NCBI RefSeq assembly: GCF_041897805.1
Contig: NZ_CP154825.1
Location: forward strand, 4,786,024-4,850,023
Source of the DNA: Actinokineospora auranticolor
GTDB lineage: Bacteria; Actinomycetota; Actinomycetes; Mycobacteriales; Pseudonocardiaceae
Direction of reading: 5' to 3'
DNA length: 64,000 nt
The notes under the pieces were generated by a model. The model was not told where the DNA came from, ran no database searches, and saw only the letters and a list, made by a program, of their open reading frames with translations. Below are positions 45,252-55,078 of the stretch, piece by piece. A program made the position numbers and the translations under genes. Numbering within the stretch: the first letter of the stretch is position 1; each line of letters opens with the position of its first letter.

Positions 45252-46519
45252 GCGGGCGCGGCGGTGACCCCGCCGACCTGCACGTGCTGCGGCTGACGCC
45301 GTACTACTACCTGGCCGATCGGCGGCTGGACCACCGCGAGCTGCAGTACGAGCCGATCGGTGGCATGCAGGTGCAGATCATGCAGACCACCGAGCAGGTC
45401 AGCGAACTCGGGGCACGGCAGACCGTGGTGTTCCCCAGGCGGCCGGGGATGCCGCGCTCGGTCGAGGTCGACCCGCGCACCCGGTTCGAGTTGCTGCGCC
45501 TGCCGATCGCGCCGATCCCGACCCGGGCCAAGGGGTACGCGGGGCTGCTGGTGTCGTGGGGCCTGGCGCTCACCGTGTGGTGCCTGCGGCAGCGGGTCCG
45601 GCGCGCGCACCGGCGCTTCTCCGTCATCCACGTGCACTGCAGCGAACTGCCGTGGACGTTCCTGTTCGCGGTGGTCGCCAAGGCGGTGCTGGGCAGACCG
45701 CTGGTGATCACCACGCATTGCAGCGCGATCGCCACCTTCCACCCGGAGAACCTCGTCGGCAGGCTGCTCATCGGCCCGGCAAGGCTGTTCGAGCGGTGGG
45801 CTGTGCGCCGGGCGGACGCCGTCGTCGTGCTGACCGAACGGGTTCGCCGGGTGTACACCGAGTCCGGGCTGACCACGGCGGACCGCGTGCACGTGGTGCC
45901 GGACGGGGTGCGGCTGGACCTGTTCACCCCCGAGCTGACCACCGCCGCGCCCGCGCCCGCCGAGGTGCCCACGGTGCTCTACTGTGGACGGTTCGCCCCG
46001 GAGAAGGGGTGGGCCGACTTCGTGGCCGCGGCCGAGGTGCTGGTCCGGGAGGGCGCGTCCGCGCGGTTCCTGATGTGCGGCGACGGCAACGAGCTGCGGT
46101 ACTGCCGGGCGGAACTGGCCAGGATGGGCATCACCGAGCACGTGGAGCTGTGCGGCCACCTCGACCGGACCGCCGTGGCCGCCGCGATCGGCGCGGCGGA
46201 TGTCGTGGTCATCCCCTCACGGCACGAGGAACTGGGCGGCACCGTGCTGGAGGCGCTGACCGCCCGGCGCGCCGTGGTGGTCACCGACGTCGGTGGACTG
46301 CCGGAGGTGGTCGGGCACGGCGAGGCCGGGCTGGTCGTACCGCCGTGCGACCCGCAGGCGTTGGCCGCGGCGGTGCGCAAACTGCTGGAAGCGCCGGAAC
46401 TGCGAGCCGACTTCGGCGCCGCGGGCGCCCGGCGGGCGGCGGGTTTCGCGCTCGACGCGGTCACCCGCCGCCTCACCGGGGTCTACTCCGGGATCGTCCC
46501 CGCGGCGGTCTCCTCGTGA
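45248..46519 (+). CDS. GT4 (GT-B fold) glycosyltransferase
   Basis: GTGA overlap with the aminotransferase gene. C-terminal GT4 motifs (…VIPSRHEELGGTVLEALTARRAVVVTDVGGLPEVV…). Confidence 0.8.
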   Translation: MSGRGGDPADLHVLRLTPYYYLADRRLDHRELQYEPIGGMQVQIMQTTEQVSELGARQTVVFPRRPGMPRSVEVDPRTRFELLRLPIAPIPTRAKGYAGLLVSWGLALTVWCLRQRVRRAHRRFSVIHVHCSELPWTFLFAVVAKAVLGRPLVITTHCSAIATFHPENLVGRLLIGPARLFERWAVRRADAVVVLTERVRRVYTESGLTTADRVHVVPDGVRLDLFTPELTTAAPAPAEVPTVLYCGRFAPEKGWADFVAAAEVLVREGASARFLMCGDGNELRYCRAELARMGITEHVELCGHLDRTAVAAAIGAADVVVIPSRHEELGGTVLEALTARRAVVVTDVGGLPEVVGHGEAGLVVPPCDPQALAAAVRKLLEAPELRADFGAAGARRAAGFALDAVTRRLTGVYSGIVPAAVSS

Positions 46520-48006
46520 AGCAGCAGCGTGGCGACGCGGTGGGCCAGGGCCTGGATGGTCAGGGCCGGGTTCACCGCGCCGGGGTACGGCATCAGCGCG
46601 CCGTCCGCCACGCGCACGTTCACCACGCCGTGCACCCGCCCCTGGGGGTCGCACACCGAGGTCGCGGGATCCGTCCCCATCCGGCAGGTGCCGTGCAGGT
46701 GCCCGCTGCCCAGGGAGAAGTCCATGGGCTCCGGGTCCACCCGCGCGGCGCCCGCGCGGGTCAGCACCTCGGTGGCGCGATCGCGCAGGTAGTCCAGCCG
46801 CTTGAGGTCCAGGGGGTGCGGCCGGTAGTCCAACACCAGTCGTGGCAGACCATACGCGTCCACTGTGGACCAATCCAGGGTGACCCGGTTCTCCGCCACG
46901 GGTTGGTCGGCGACCAGGCACTCCAGCCGCAGCACCCGCCGGTCGGCGATGTCCGCCGGGTCGAGCGGTCCGGTTTCCAGCACCAGCCCGCCGAGGCCGG
47001 ATGGGCAGTGCTGGTCGAGGTAGTTGTCGGTGAACGCGACGGTGACGTACCGCCCACCCTTCGGGGCCGGGATCTCGTCGAGGTCGTGGTCGAGGTGGGC
47101 GGTCAGGTTCTGCCCCACCTTCATGCACAACCCGCGCCCCACCACGCCGCGGCCGTTGCCGAGCCCGTCCGGCGAGTGCGCCGAGCGGGAACGCAGCAGC
47201 AGCGCGGCGGACTGGATGGCATTGGCGGCGACTACGAAGTGCCTGGCGCGCACCAGTTCCCGCGCGCCGGTGGCCACGTCGAGGCACTCGACCGCCGCCA
47301 CCCGGCCCGGCCGGTCCTCGACCAACCGCACCGCCTTGCACCCGGTGCGGACCTCGATGCGGTCGGCCAGCGGCGCGAGCAGGCGGTGGTGGACATCGCC
47401 CTTGGCGCCGCTCGGGCAGGCGAAGTCGGTGCAGGTGGTCAGGTCCGCGCAGGCGGGTGCCCCGGCGAACGGCGCGGACGCCACGGCCAAGGGCATGGGG
47501 AACGGGGTACGACCCAGGGCCCGACCGGCCGCCACGAGCGCGGCGCCGCGGGCGCTGGGCCGGTGCGGGGGCAGCAGGTCCAGCGGCGGGGACGGGCGGG
47601 TCGGGTCGAGCCCGCCGTCGGAGGTCACGCCGAGGCGGCGCTCCACCCAGTCGTAGTGCGGCCGCAGGTCGTCGTAGCCGAAGGGCCACGCGGGCGGCAG
47701 CGCCTCCGCGGCGCAGTGCGCGGTCGCGTCGAAGTCGACCCGCCGCAGCCGCAGCGACACCCCGGCGTAGAACCGGGTGCCGCCACCGACGCAGCAGGCC
47801 GTCCACGGGTAGCCCTCCTCGGTCCACCCGCCGTCGAGGTCGCGCGCCCTGGCCGTCTCGTAGCCGGGGATCAGGTCGTGCAGGTGCGTGCCGGGTGGGA
47901 CGTGCTCGCCCTGTTCCAGGACCAGCACGTCCCACCCGGCCTCGGCCAGCACGGCGGCGGCGACCGCGCCCGCGGCGCCGCTGCCGATCACGCAGACGTC
48001 GCGCAC
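46483..48006 (-). CDS. GMC-family FAD oxidoreductase
   Basis: VCVIGSGAAGAVAAAVLAEAGWDVLVLE (FAD-binding). C-terminal GMC signature HLHGTCRMG…VHGVVNVRVADGALMP. Confidence 0.85.
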   Translation of the reverse strand: MRDVCVIGSGAAGAVAAAVLAEAGWDVLVLEQGEHVPPGTHLHDLIPGYETARARDLDGGWTEEGYPWTACCVGGGTRFYAGVSLRLRRVDFDATAHCAAEALPPAWPFGYDDLRPHYDWVERRLGVTSDGGLDPTRPSPPLDLLPPHRPSARGAALVAAGRALGRTPFPMPLAVASAPFAGAPACADLTTCTDFACPSGAKGDVHHRLLAPLADRIEVRTGCKAVRLVEDRPGRVAAVECLDVATGARELVRARHFVVAANAIQSAALLLRSRSAHSPDGLGNGRGVVGRGLCMKVGQNLTAHLDHDLDEIPAPKGGRYVTVAFTDNYLDQHCPSGLGGLVLETGPLDPADIADRRVLRLECLVADQPVAENRVTLDWSTVDAYGLPRLVLDYRPHPLDLKRLDYLRDRATEVLTRAGAARVDPEPMDFSLGSGHLHGTCRMGTDPATSVCDPQGRVHGVVNVRVADGALMPYPGAVNPALTIQALAHRVATLLLHEETAAGTIPE

Positions 48007-48009
48007 CGG

Positions 48010-49878
48010 CTACTCCGCGACCAGTGCGGGTTCGTCGGCCAGCTCGTCCAGGCTCGACCGCAGCACGGCGATCGCGGTGGCGCACACGGACTCGAAGACC
48101 GGGTCCGTGTCGTCGACGCTCAGCGCGAACACGCAGCGGCCGTCCACCTTGCCGGGCAGTTGCCTGCTGCCGTGGGCGACCCCGGTGTAGAGGCTGACCG
48201 CGGCGGCGAGCGCGTCGCCGGTGAAGGTGCACAGACCGTCCGGGCGGGCCTTGTCACCGAGGTGCTGCATGGCGTCGTAGCAGCCGTCGCGGTGCACGTG
48301 CACCAGGTTCCCGTCGAGCACCTCGGGCACCGCCGGGACCTCGAGGCCGCCGTCCGGTCCGAACAGGTCGGTGCTGTGCGCGAGCAGCCGCTCCAGGCCC
48401 TCGGCCAGCGAGACCGGTCCGCGGGCGCGGCGTTCGGCGCCCTCCAGCAGGTAGTCGGGCCACTGCGCCATGGCCTGGGTGCTCACCCACGCCCAGTACA
48501 GCTCGGCGGGTGGGAGCCGGTCGGAGCCGATGGCGAAGTTGAACTGGTCGTAGAGCGCCGGTTCGGTCTCGTGCCGGATGAGCCCGGCGTCCAGGCACTG
48601 CTGGAAGTCCGGGGACCCGGGGATCGGGTAGAACGGGTTGGTCCAGAACCGGACGCCTGCCAGCACCAGGTTCACCGAGTCCTTCACCAGCTCCTCGGTG
48701 GACTGCCCGAGCAGCCCGACGATCAGCGACGCGCCGACGTCCACCCCGTGCCGGGTGAACAGGGCCGCGCCGTCGCGGACCTTGGCCAGCGAGGTGAAGC
48801 CCTTGCGGATCTTGCGCAGCCGGGCCATGTCGGTGGTCTCCAGCCCGAGGAACAGCGACCGGAAGCCCGCGCCCGCCATGTCCTCGACCAGCTCCTCGCT
48901 GAGCTTGACCACGGTCATGCCGTTGGGCAGGTGCAGCTCGACGTCGAGCCCCCTGGCGCGGATCGCCCGGCAGATCTCCCGCACCCGGTCGATGTCGAAG
49001 GTGAAATTGTCGTCCTCGATGAAAAACCGCCGGATACCGTGTTCCGTGACGTAGTGTTCTACTTCGTCGACGACTTTTTCTGACGCCCGCGATCGGAATT
49101 TTTTGCCGACGGTCGCGTGCACCGTGCAAAAGGAGCACGAAAAGGGGCAACCACGACTGGTGATGAGCGTCGCGGTCGCGTCGTAGGAACTCATGTCGAG
49201 CAGGTTCACGGCGGGTGGCGCGATGCTGTCCAGGTCGTCGAGGAACGTCGCCCTGGGCCGCAGGTGCACGCGCGCGGGACCGGTGCAGTCGCACAGCCCG
49301 GGCTTGCAGCGGAACGCCACGCCGGGTTGGTCGGTGAGCCCCGAGCCGGTGTGCAGCGCGCGCACGATGGCCGAGACGTTCGCCTCGGCCTCACCGAGCA
49401 CCAGGGCGTCGAAGGCCGTCTCGGTGAGGGCGTGGTGGTGTGCCACGGTGGGGTGCTGGCCACCCAGGATGATCTTGGCGTCGGGCAGGATCTCCCTGGT
49501 CAGACGGGCGAGTTGGTAGGCGGGTTCGTAGTACGGGGTGAACATGCAGGACACCCCGACGACGTCGAACTCCCCCGCGCGCAGCGTCTGCTCGACGCGC
49601 TCCCAGGTGGCGCCCCAGTGCACGAGGTGCCGCCAGCGCGGGTGCGCGGCGATCTTGGCGCGGTCGGCGTCGGTGTAGTCCGCCGGGTCGACGACGTGGT
49701 TGTCGTCGGTCCAGGCGAGCGAGTCGAAGATCTCGACGTGCATGCCGTCGGCGCGCAGCTGTGCGGCCAGGTAGGCCAACCCGATCGGCATGTGCCGACC
49801 GATCTCGACCATGCACGACCGAATTGGTGGTTTGATGAGAAGAACTCGTGTGGCACCGGGTGCCTGGACCGACTTCAA
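48010..49878 (-). CDS. B12-binding radical SAM protein (class B rSAM, methyltransferase-like)
   Basis: N-terminal cobalamin-binding Rossmann-like domain (RVLLIKPP…MPIGLAYLAAQLRADGMHVEIFD). Radical-SAM motif TSRGCPFSCSFCTV. Confidence 0.85.
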   Translation of the reverse strand: MKSVQAPGATRVLLIKPPIRSCMVEIGRHMPIGLAYLAAQLRADGMHVEIFDSLAWTDDNHVVDPADYTDADRAKIAAHPRWRHLVHWGATWERVEQTLRAGEFDVVGVSCMFTPYYEPAYQLARLTREILPDAKIILGGQHPTVAHHHALTETAFDALVLGEAEANVSAIVRALHTGSGLTDQPGVAFRCKPGLCDCTGPARVHLRPRATFLDDLDSIAPPAVNLLDMSSYDATATLITSRGCPFSCSFCTVHATVGKKFRSRASEKVVDEVEHYVTEHGIRRFFIEDDNFTFDIDRVREICRAIRARGLDVELHLPNGMTVVKLSEELVEDMAGAGFRSLFLGLETTDMARLRKIRKGFTSLAKVRDGAALFTRHGVDVGASLIVGLLGQSTEELVKDSVNLVLAGVRFWTNPFYPIPGSPDFQQCLDAGLIRHETEPALYDQFNFAIGSDRLPPAELYWAWVSTQAMAQWPDYLLEGAERRARGPVSLAEGLERLLAHSTDLFGPDGGLEVPAVPEVLDGNLVHVHRDGCYDAMQHLGDKARPDGLCTFTGDALAAAVSLYTGVAHGSRQLPGKVDGRCVFALSVDDTDPVFESVCATAIAVLRSSLDELADEPALVAE

Positions 49879-50018
49879 TCGGACCCCCCTCTGCGGAATC
49901 CTTGATCTGGCGCTGCTCCGCGTGGTTTATTAGACGCATCCCGGAAAGCGGTGTCAAGGGTGGCGTCAGGGCAAGGCGGGAACCAGGAGTGCGCTACGCC
50001 CCATTCGGAGGAATCACA

Positions 50019-51164
50019 ATGATCCGTTTATCCATCGAGCCCACCACACCGCCGCTGCCCGCGGCCCCGCGCTACGCGACGGTGTTCGTCAACTGGGCCT
50101 GCAACCTCACCTGCCGCGAGTGCTGGCTCTACGGCGACTCGTCGAGCGAGAACACCTGGCTGGAGGAGGTCAAGCGCGAGCAGATCAGCCTGGAGATGTG
50201 GACGGCGCTGGTCGACGAGCTGGCCGCGCACAACGAGCACCCCGGCATCTCCATGATGGGCGGCGAGCCGCTCATGCACCCGTTGGTGCTGGACCTGGTG
50301 CGGGAGGCCAAGACCAGGGCGCCGGGGTGCCAGCTGGACATGAGCACGAACGGCACCCTGCTCCCCCGCTACGCCGAGGGGCTGGTCGAGGGCGGCATCG
50401 ACATCGTCTACGTGTCCCTGGACGGCCCGACCCCGGAGATCAACAACCCGATCCGCGGCCGGAAGTCCTTCGAGCGCGTGGTCACCGGCATCCGCGCGCT
50501 GCAGGACGCCTGCGCCAAGGCCGGGCGCGGGCCGCGCATCGCGCTGAACTTCACCCTCACCGGGATGAACTACACCTCGCTGCCCGGCATGGTCCGGCTG
50601 GCCGAGGAGCTGGACATCCCGCAGGTGACCGTCGACCTCGCGATGTACTTCACCCGCGAGGAGGGCAAGGCCTCGCGCGCCGGGTTCGAGGGGGTGACCG
50701 GCAGGCCGTTCCTGTCCTGGACCGGCTACTGCAACGAGCACCAGCACGCCGACGTGGACCAGGCCGTGCTGCTGTCGGTGCTGGAGGAGGCGAAGTCCTG
50801 TTCGGACACCGTCGAGGTGCTCGTGGCGCCGGTGCGCTACAACTCCCAGGAGCAGAGCACCTACTTCACCGACCAGTGGCGCGAGGTGGTGCACGAGACC
50901 ACCTGCCCCAAGCTGTGGGCGCAGACCACGGTGCTGCCCAACGGGGACGTGCTCAGCTGCACGCCCTTCGCCGACACGGTCATGGGCTCGGTCCGCGGGC
51001 AGAGCCTGGCCGAGGTGTGGGGCAACGACGTGTACGGCCGGATGCGGGAGCTGATCCGCGAGAAGCTCGAGCCCATCTGCTACCGCTGCTGCGAACTCAG
51101 CCTCGACATCGAGGTCGACCCGGCGCTGTTCGCCAAGACCGCCCAGCCGGGCGAGACACCCTGA
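50019..51164 (+). CDS. Radical SAM / SPASM-domain protein
   Basis: ATG after GGAGGAATCACA. Cluster motif VFVNWACNLTCRECW. C-terminal SPASM-like Cys motifs (…CPKLW…CTPF…ICYRCCEL). Confidence 0.8.
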   Translation: MIRLSIEPTTPPLPAAPRYATVFVNWACNLTCRECWLYGDSSSENTWLEEVKREQISLEMWTALVDELAAHNEHPGISMMGGEPLMHPLVLDLVREAKTRAPGCQLDMSTNGTLLPRYAEGLVEGGIDIVYVSLDGPTPEINNPIRGRKSFERVVTGIRALQDACAKAGRGPRIALNFTLTGMNYTSLPGMVRLAEELDIPQVTVDLAMYFTREEGKASRAGFEGVTGRPFLSWTGYCNEHQHADVDQAVLLSVLEEAKSCSDTVEVLVAPVRYNSQEQSTYFTDQWREVVHETTCPKLWAQTTVLPNGDVLSCTPFADTVMGSVRGQSLAEVWGNDVYGRMRELIREKLEPICYRCCELSLDIEVDPALFAKTAQPGETP

Positions 51165-51192
51165 TCACCGAGGTCGAGTCGGAAGGACACGC

Positions 51193-51942
51193 ATGACCCG
51201 CTTCGCCCACCAGGTCGAGAACGCCACCTACGGCGACATCGACCGGGCCAGGAAGATCTACGGAGAGGCCTTCCGGCTCACCTTCGAGTACGTCTACGGC
51301 AGCCACATCCCGGGCGCGGTGGCCGAGTTCGGCTGCTTCGAGGGGTTCAGCACGCTGCTGCTGGCCGACCTCGTCGCCGAGTTCCGCGCGGAGACCGAGT
51401 TCTACGCCGAGACGTTCCCGCGCCACGTGTACGTCTACGACTCGTTCCAGGGCTTCCCGACCAGTGAGGGCAACCCGGTCGACTCGATCTCCTACGAGGT
51501 CGCCGACAGCGGCTACTGGCGCGAGCACGAGGACGCGTCACCGCCGGGGACCGAGCAGATGCTGCGCGAGGAGTTCACCCGCAGGCTCGGCGCTTCGGGG
51601 TGGACGATCGTGCCCGGCCTGTTCTCCGACTCGCTGCCCGCGCACCCGATCACCGAGCCGGTGGCCATCGCGAACCTCGACTGCGACCTGTACTCGTCCA
51701 CCGTGGAGGTGCTGGACCACCTCCTCGGGCAGCGGCTGCTGCCCGATGGGGCGGTGTTGCTGATGGACGACTACAACTGCAACCGCGCCAACCCCAGGTT
51801 CGGCATGCGCCGCGCGATGCGGGAGTGCTTCGCCCGCACCGACGGCTTCTACGAGTACAGCGAGTTCCTGCGCTACGGCTGGCACGGCCGCGCGTTCTTC
51901 GCGCACCGGCTGGGCGACAGCCCCAACCCGGACGCCGGGTGA
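51193..51942 (+). CDS. TylF/MycF-family (macrocin-O-methyltransferase-like) SAM-dependent O-methyltransferase
   Basis: AEFGCFEGFSTLLLA…LDCDLYSSTVEVLDHL…GAVLLMDDY. 249 aa. Confidence 0.8.
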   Translation: MTRFAHQVENATYGDIDRARKIYGEAFRLTFEYVYGSHIPGAVAEFGCFEGFSTLLLADLVAEFRAETEFYAETFPRHVYVYDSFQGFPTSEGNPVDSISYEVADSGYWREHEDASPPGTEQMLREEFTRRLGASGWTIVPGLFSDSLPAHPITEPVAIANLDCDLYSSTVEVLDHLLGQRLLPDGAVLLMDDYNCNRANPRFGMRRAMRECFARTDGFYEYSEFLRYGWHGRAFFAHRLGDSPNPDAG

Positions 51943-51947
51943 CCGGC

Positions 51948-52703
51948 TCAGTCCGCGGTGTGCCAGAGCAGTTCCGGCGCGCCGTGGTCGTCCACCCTGA
52001 CCTTGGCGTGCGTGGTGAACCCGTCCCGCCACGAGCTGTCCGGGAACAGCATGCCCATCTGCGAGCGGTAGTGCGCGATCGCGGCGAGCTTGCGCTCCCG
52101 GTCGCGCTCGTCGCCCGCGTCGGCGCGCACCCGTCCGAACGCGACACCCGGGGTGCCGATGGCGTAGGGCAGGTCCTCCCACAGCACCAGCTCCACGTCG
52201 CCGCGCACCTGCTCGACGACCGCGCGGGTCATCCGGTGGTCGACGTGCCCGCCGATGCCCGCGCAGGTCCACACCTCGGCCGGGCGCAGCTCGTCCAGCA
52301 CGTCGGTCAGCGCGGCGCCGACGGCGGCGGCCACGTCCGGTTCCGCGGGCAGGTTCGGGTCGAAGTGCGCGCCGGAGACCGTGACGAGCCAGTCGTCGCC
52401 GAGGCGGCGGTAGATGGCGTCGGCGAAGTCGAGGTGCCGGTGCTCCGCGCCGAGCGCCGCGACGGCCGCGGCGTCCTCGGCCCGGCGCGCGGGCGCCGCG
52501 TCGTCGCCGAGGCCGCACTTCGCGTGGAACGACACCGCCTTCGGCGACAGCGGCGGGACCGGGTCCCCGGCGAACACGGTGCACACGACCACCCGCCTGC
52601 CCGCGCGGGTCAGCGCGGAGATGGCCGCGCCCGCCGAGAGCACGGCGTCGTCGAGGTGCGGCGAGACCGCCAGCACCGGCCCGAGGTCAGCGGTTGCGGC
52701 CAC
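51948..52703 (-). CDS. PIG-L (LmbE-like) family deacetylase
   Basis: LAVSPHLDDAVLSAGAAI…CAGIGGHVDHR, the zinc-dependent N-acetyl-sugar deacetylase motifs. Confidence 0.8.
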   Translation of the reverse strand: MAATADLGPVLAVSPHLDDAVLSAGAAISALTRAGRRVVVCTVFAGDPVPPLSPKAVSFHAKCGLGDDAAPARRAEDAAAVAALGAEHRHLDFADAIYRRLGDDWLVTVSGAHFDPNLPAEPDVAAAVGAALTDVLDELRPAEVWTCAGIGGHVDHRMTRAVVEQVRGDVELVLWEDLPYAIGTPGVAFGRVRADAGDERDRERKLAAIAHYRSQMGMLFPDSSWRDGFTTHAKVRVDDHGAPELLWHTAD

Positions 52704-52790
52704 GGCTCAGCTCCTCATCCGTCCAGTCATCCCGTCAAGTAAAGCAAGGTGATGATGTATACCGAACAGGCCCACCCGGACGCGCCGGAC

Positions 52791-53783
52791 ATGGTGGCAC
52801 TGGTAGTGACCGGGCCGCGCGAACACGCACTGCGGCGGGTGCCCAGACCGGAGCCGGTCGGCGACCAGGCCCTGGTGGACGTCAGCCACGTCGCGTTGTG
52901 CGGCACCGACCTGCGGCTGCTGCGCGGGACGCTGCACGACGCGGACTACCCGACGGTGCCGGGGCACGAGTGGGCGGGCGTGGTGCGCGCGGCGCCCACC
53001 CGGCCGGAGCTGGTCGGTCGGGCGGTGGTGGGGCACAACTTCCTGCCCTGCGGTTCTTGCGCGTGGTGCGCCCGGGGCGCGGAGAACCTGTGCGAGTCGC
53101 TCGACGAGATCGGGTTCAGCCTGCCCGGCGCGTTCGCCGAGGCGCTGTGCGTGCCCGCCGAGAACCTGCGGCTGTTGCCGGACGGTGTGTCCGGTGCCGA
53201 GGGCTGCCTCGTGGAGCCGTTGTGCGTTGCGGTGCACGCGGTCGACCGGGCCGGTGAGGTGACCGGTCGCTCCGTCGGCGTCATCGGCGCGGGCGCGGTC
53301 GGACTGCTGGTGGCGCAGGTGGCCCGGGGTTCCGGGGCCAAGTCGGTGACGGTGGTCGACCCGGTGGCGAGCAGGCGCGCGGTGGCCGCCGAGTTGGGGC
53401 TGGGCGCGGAAGCGGACCTGTCCCGGTTCGAGGCCGATCCGCCGGAGGTGGTGTTCGACGCGACCGGGGTCGCCGCGCTGTTCCCCCGGGCGCTCACCGC
53501 CACCCGGCAGGGCGGGACCTGCGTGCTGGTGGGCTACTCGGGGTCCGAGGCGACGCCGTTCGAGCCGTCGGTGGTCATGCTGCGCGAGTTGACCGTCGTC
53601 GGTTCCCTGTCCGGGGTCGGCATGATCGACCGGGCGGTGGAGCTGGTCGCGAACGGGGTGGTGCGGTTGTCGCCCCTGGTCAGCCCCGCGCTACCGCTCG
53701 CGCACTACCGGTCGGTTGTGGACACCCCGGCCACCGAAGCCCCGTTACGTGCCTTTTTCGCGGTAGACGAGGAGACCCGATGA
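52791..53783 (+). CDS. Zinc-dependent alcohol dehydrogenase (MDR superfamily; sugar/cyclitol dehydrogenase-like)
   Basis: ALCGTDLRLL, GHEWAGVV, CGSCAWCARG (structural Zn), GVIGAGAVG (NAD). Start placed at MVALVVTGP. The track ORF begins at 52749 (MMMYTEQ…). Confidence 0.8.
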   Translation: MVALVVTGPREHALRRVPRPEPVGDQALVDVSHVALCGTDLRLLRGTLHDADYPTVPGHEWAGVVRAAPTRPELVGRAVVGHNFLPCGSCAWCARGAENLCESLDEIGFSLPGAFAEALCVPAENLRLLPDGVSGAEGCLVEPLCVAVHAVDRAGEVTGRSVGVIGAGAVGLLVAQVARGSGAKSVTVVDPVASRRAVAAELGLGAEADLSRFEADPPEVVFDATGVAALFPRALTATRQGGTCVLVGYSGSEATPFEPSVVMLRELTVVGSLSGVGMIDRAVELVANGVVRLSPLVSPALPLAHYRSVVDTPATEAPLRAFFAVDEETR

Positions 53784-55078
53784 ACAACGAGCAGCTGATC
53801 GAGCGGGCGCGCCGCGTCACCGCCGCCGAGGTGTACGACATCGGCACCCGGTTCCCGTCGGTGTTCACCACCGCGGACGGGTCGTGGATGACCGATGTGG
53901 AGGGCAAGCGGCTGCTGGACGTCACCGCGGCCAGCGGGGCGCTGCTGCTGGGCAACCGGCACCCGGCCGTCGTCGAGGCCATCACCCGCTACATCGCCGA
54001 GCACGGCACGGTGTTCGCCAGCACGCTGTCGCTGCCGCGCATCGAGTTGGCCGAGCGGCTGGCGGAGCGGTACCCGGCGTGCGAGAAGGCGGTGTTCACC
54101 AAGTCCGGTTCGGAGGCCACCACGACCGCGATCCGGCTGGCGCGCGCGGCCAGCGGCCGGGACCTGGTGATCACCTCCGGGTACCACGGCTGGCACGACT
54201 GGCACCTGGGGTTCCTCAACCTCGGTTTCGACGCGGGTACCCGGGTGGCCTGCTTCGGCTACAACGAGACGGCGCTGGAGCGCATGCTCGACGCGCTCGC
54301 CGACCGGGTCGCCTGCGTGATCGTCACCCCGGAACCGGCGTGGTTCGACGCCGAGTACTACCGCCGCCTGTCGGCGCTGTGCGCCCGGCACGGCGTGCTG
54401 TTCGTGATCGACGAGGTGATCACGTCGCTGCGCTACGGCCCGCGCGGGCTCAACGGCACCGGCAACGTGCCCGCCGACCTGATCACCATGAGCAAGGGCC
54501 TGGCCAACGGGCACTCGCTGGCGGCCATCCTGGGCAAGCGGGAGGTCATCGACGCCTACGACGCGGCCGGGATCGCGGGCACCTACACCCGCGAGGTGCC
54601 GCCGATGGCCGCCGCGCTGGCCACGCTGGACGTGCTCGCCGACGGGACCGTCCACGCGGGCGCCGAGAAGCGCGGCCAGGCGCTCATGGACGGCATGCGG
54701 GAGATCCTGGCGGCGGCGGGCATCCCCGCGTTCATCGGCGGTCCGCCGCTGATGTTCGACGTGGTGGTGCCCTCGGAGGCGCTGTCGTGGGAGCTGTACC
54801 GCGCGGCCTACGACCACGGCGCGTACTTCGAGGACAGCGGCACGCAGATGATCACGCTGTCCTACACCGACGCCGACGTCGACCACGCGCTGACCGCGTT
54901 CGAGCGCGGCGTGGCCGACGTCGCGGCGCGCACGGACATCGAGCCGGGCGAGCTGCCCGGGTCGCGCAAGGCCGAGTTCGCCGCCGAGGCGTTCGGCGGC
55001 GCGTTGACCGACACCCCCGAGGTGCTCGCGCGGGTCGACGACACCATCACCCGGATCATCGAGCACCAGGACCGGTGA
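53780..55078 (+). CDS. Class-III (GSA-aminomutase-like) PLP-dependent aminotransferase
   Basis: TKSGSEATTTAIRLARAASGRDLVIT…VIDEVITSLRYGP…MSKGLANG (PLP-Lys). 432 aa. Confidence 0.85.
   Translation: MNNEQLIERARRVTAAEVYDIGTRFPSVFTTADGSWMTDVEGKRLLDVTAASGALLLGNRHPAVVEAITRYIAEHGTVFASTLSLPRIELAERLAERYPACEKAVFTKSGSEATTTAIRLARAASGRDLVITSGYHGWHDWHLGFLNLGFDAGTRVACFGYNETALERMLDALADRVACVIVTPEPAWFDAEYYRRLSALCARHGVLFVIDEVITSLRYGPRGLNGTGNVPADLITMSKGLANGHSLAAILGKREVIDAYDAAGIAGTYTREVPPMAAALATLDVLADGTVHAGAEKRGQALMDGMREILAAAGIPAFIGGPPLMFDVVVPSEALSWELYRAAYDHGAYFEDSGTQMITLSYTDADVDHALTAFERGVADVAARTDIEPGELPGSRKAEFAAEAFGGALTDTPEVLARVDDTITRIIEHQDR

Noticed and set aside
45556-49083. 1175-aa plus-strand ORF across the GT4, GMC and B12-rSAM loci
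   Set aside because: Low-complexity antisense or off-frame ORF. The GT4 (plus), GMC and rSAM (minus) calls are supported by motifs.
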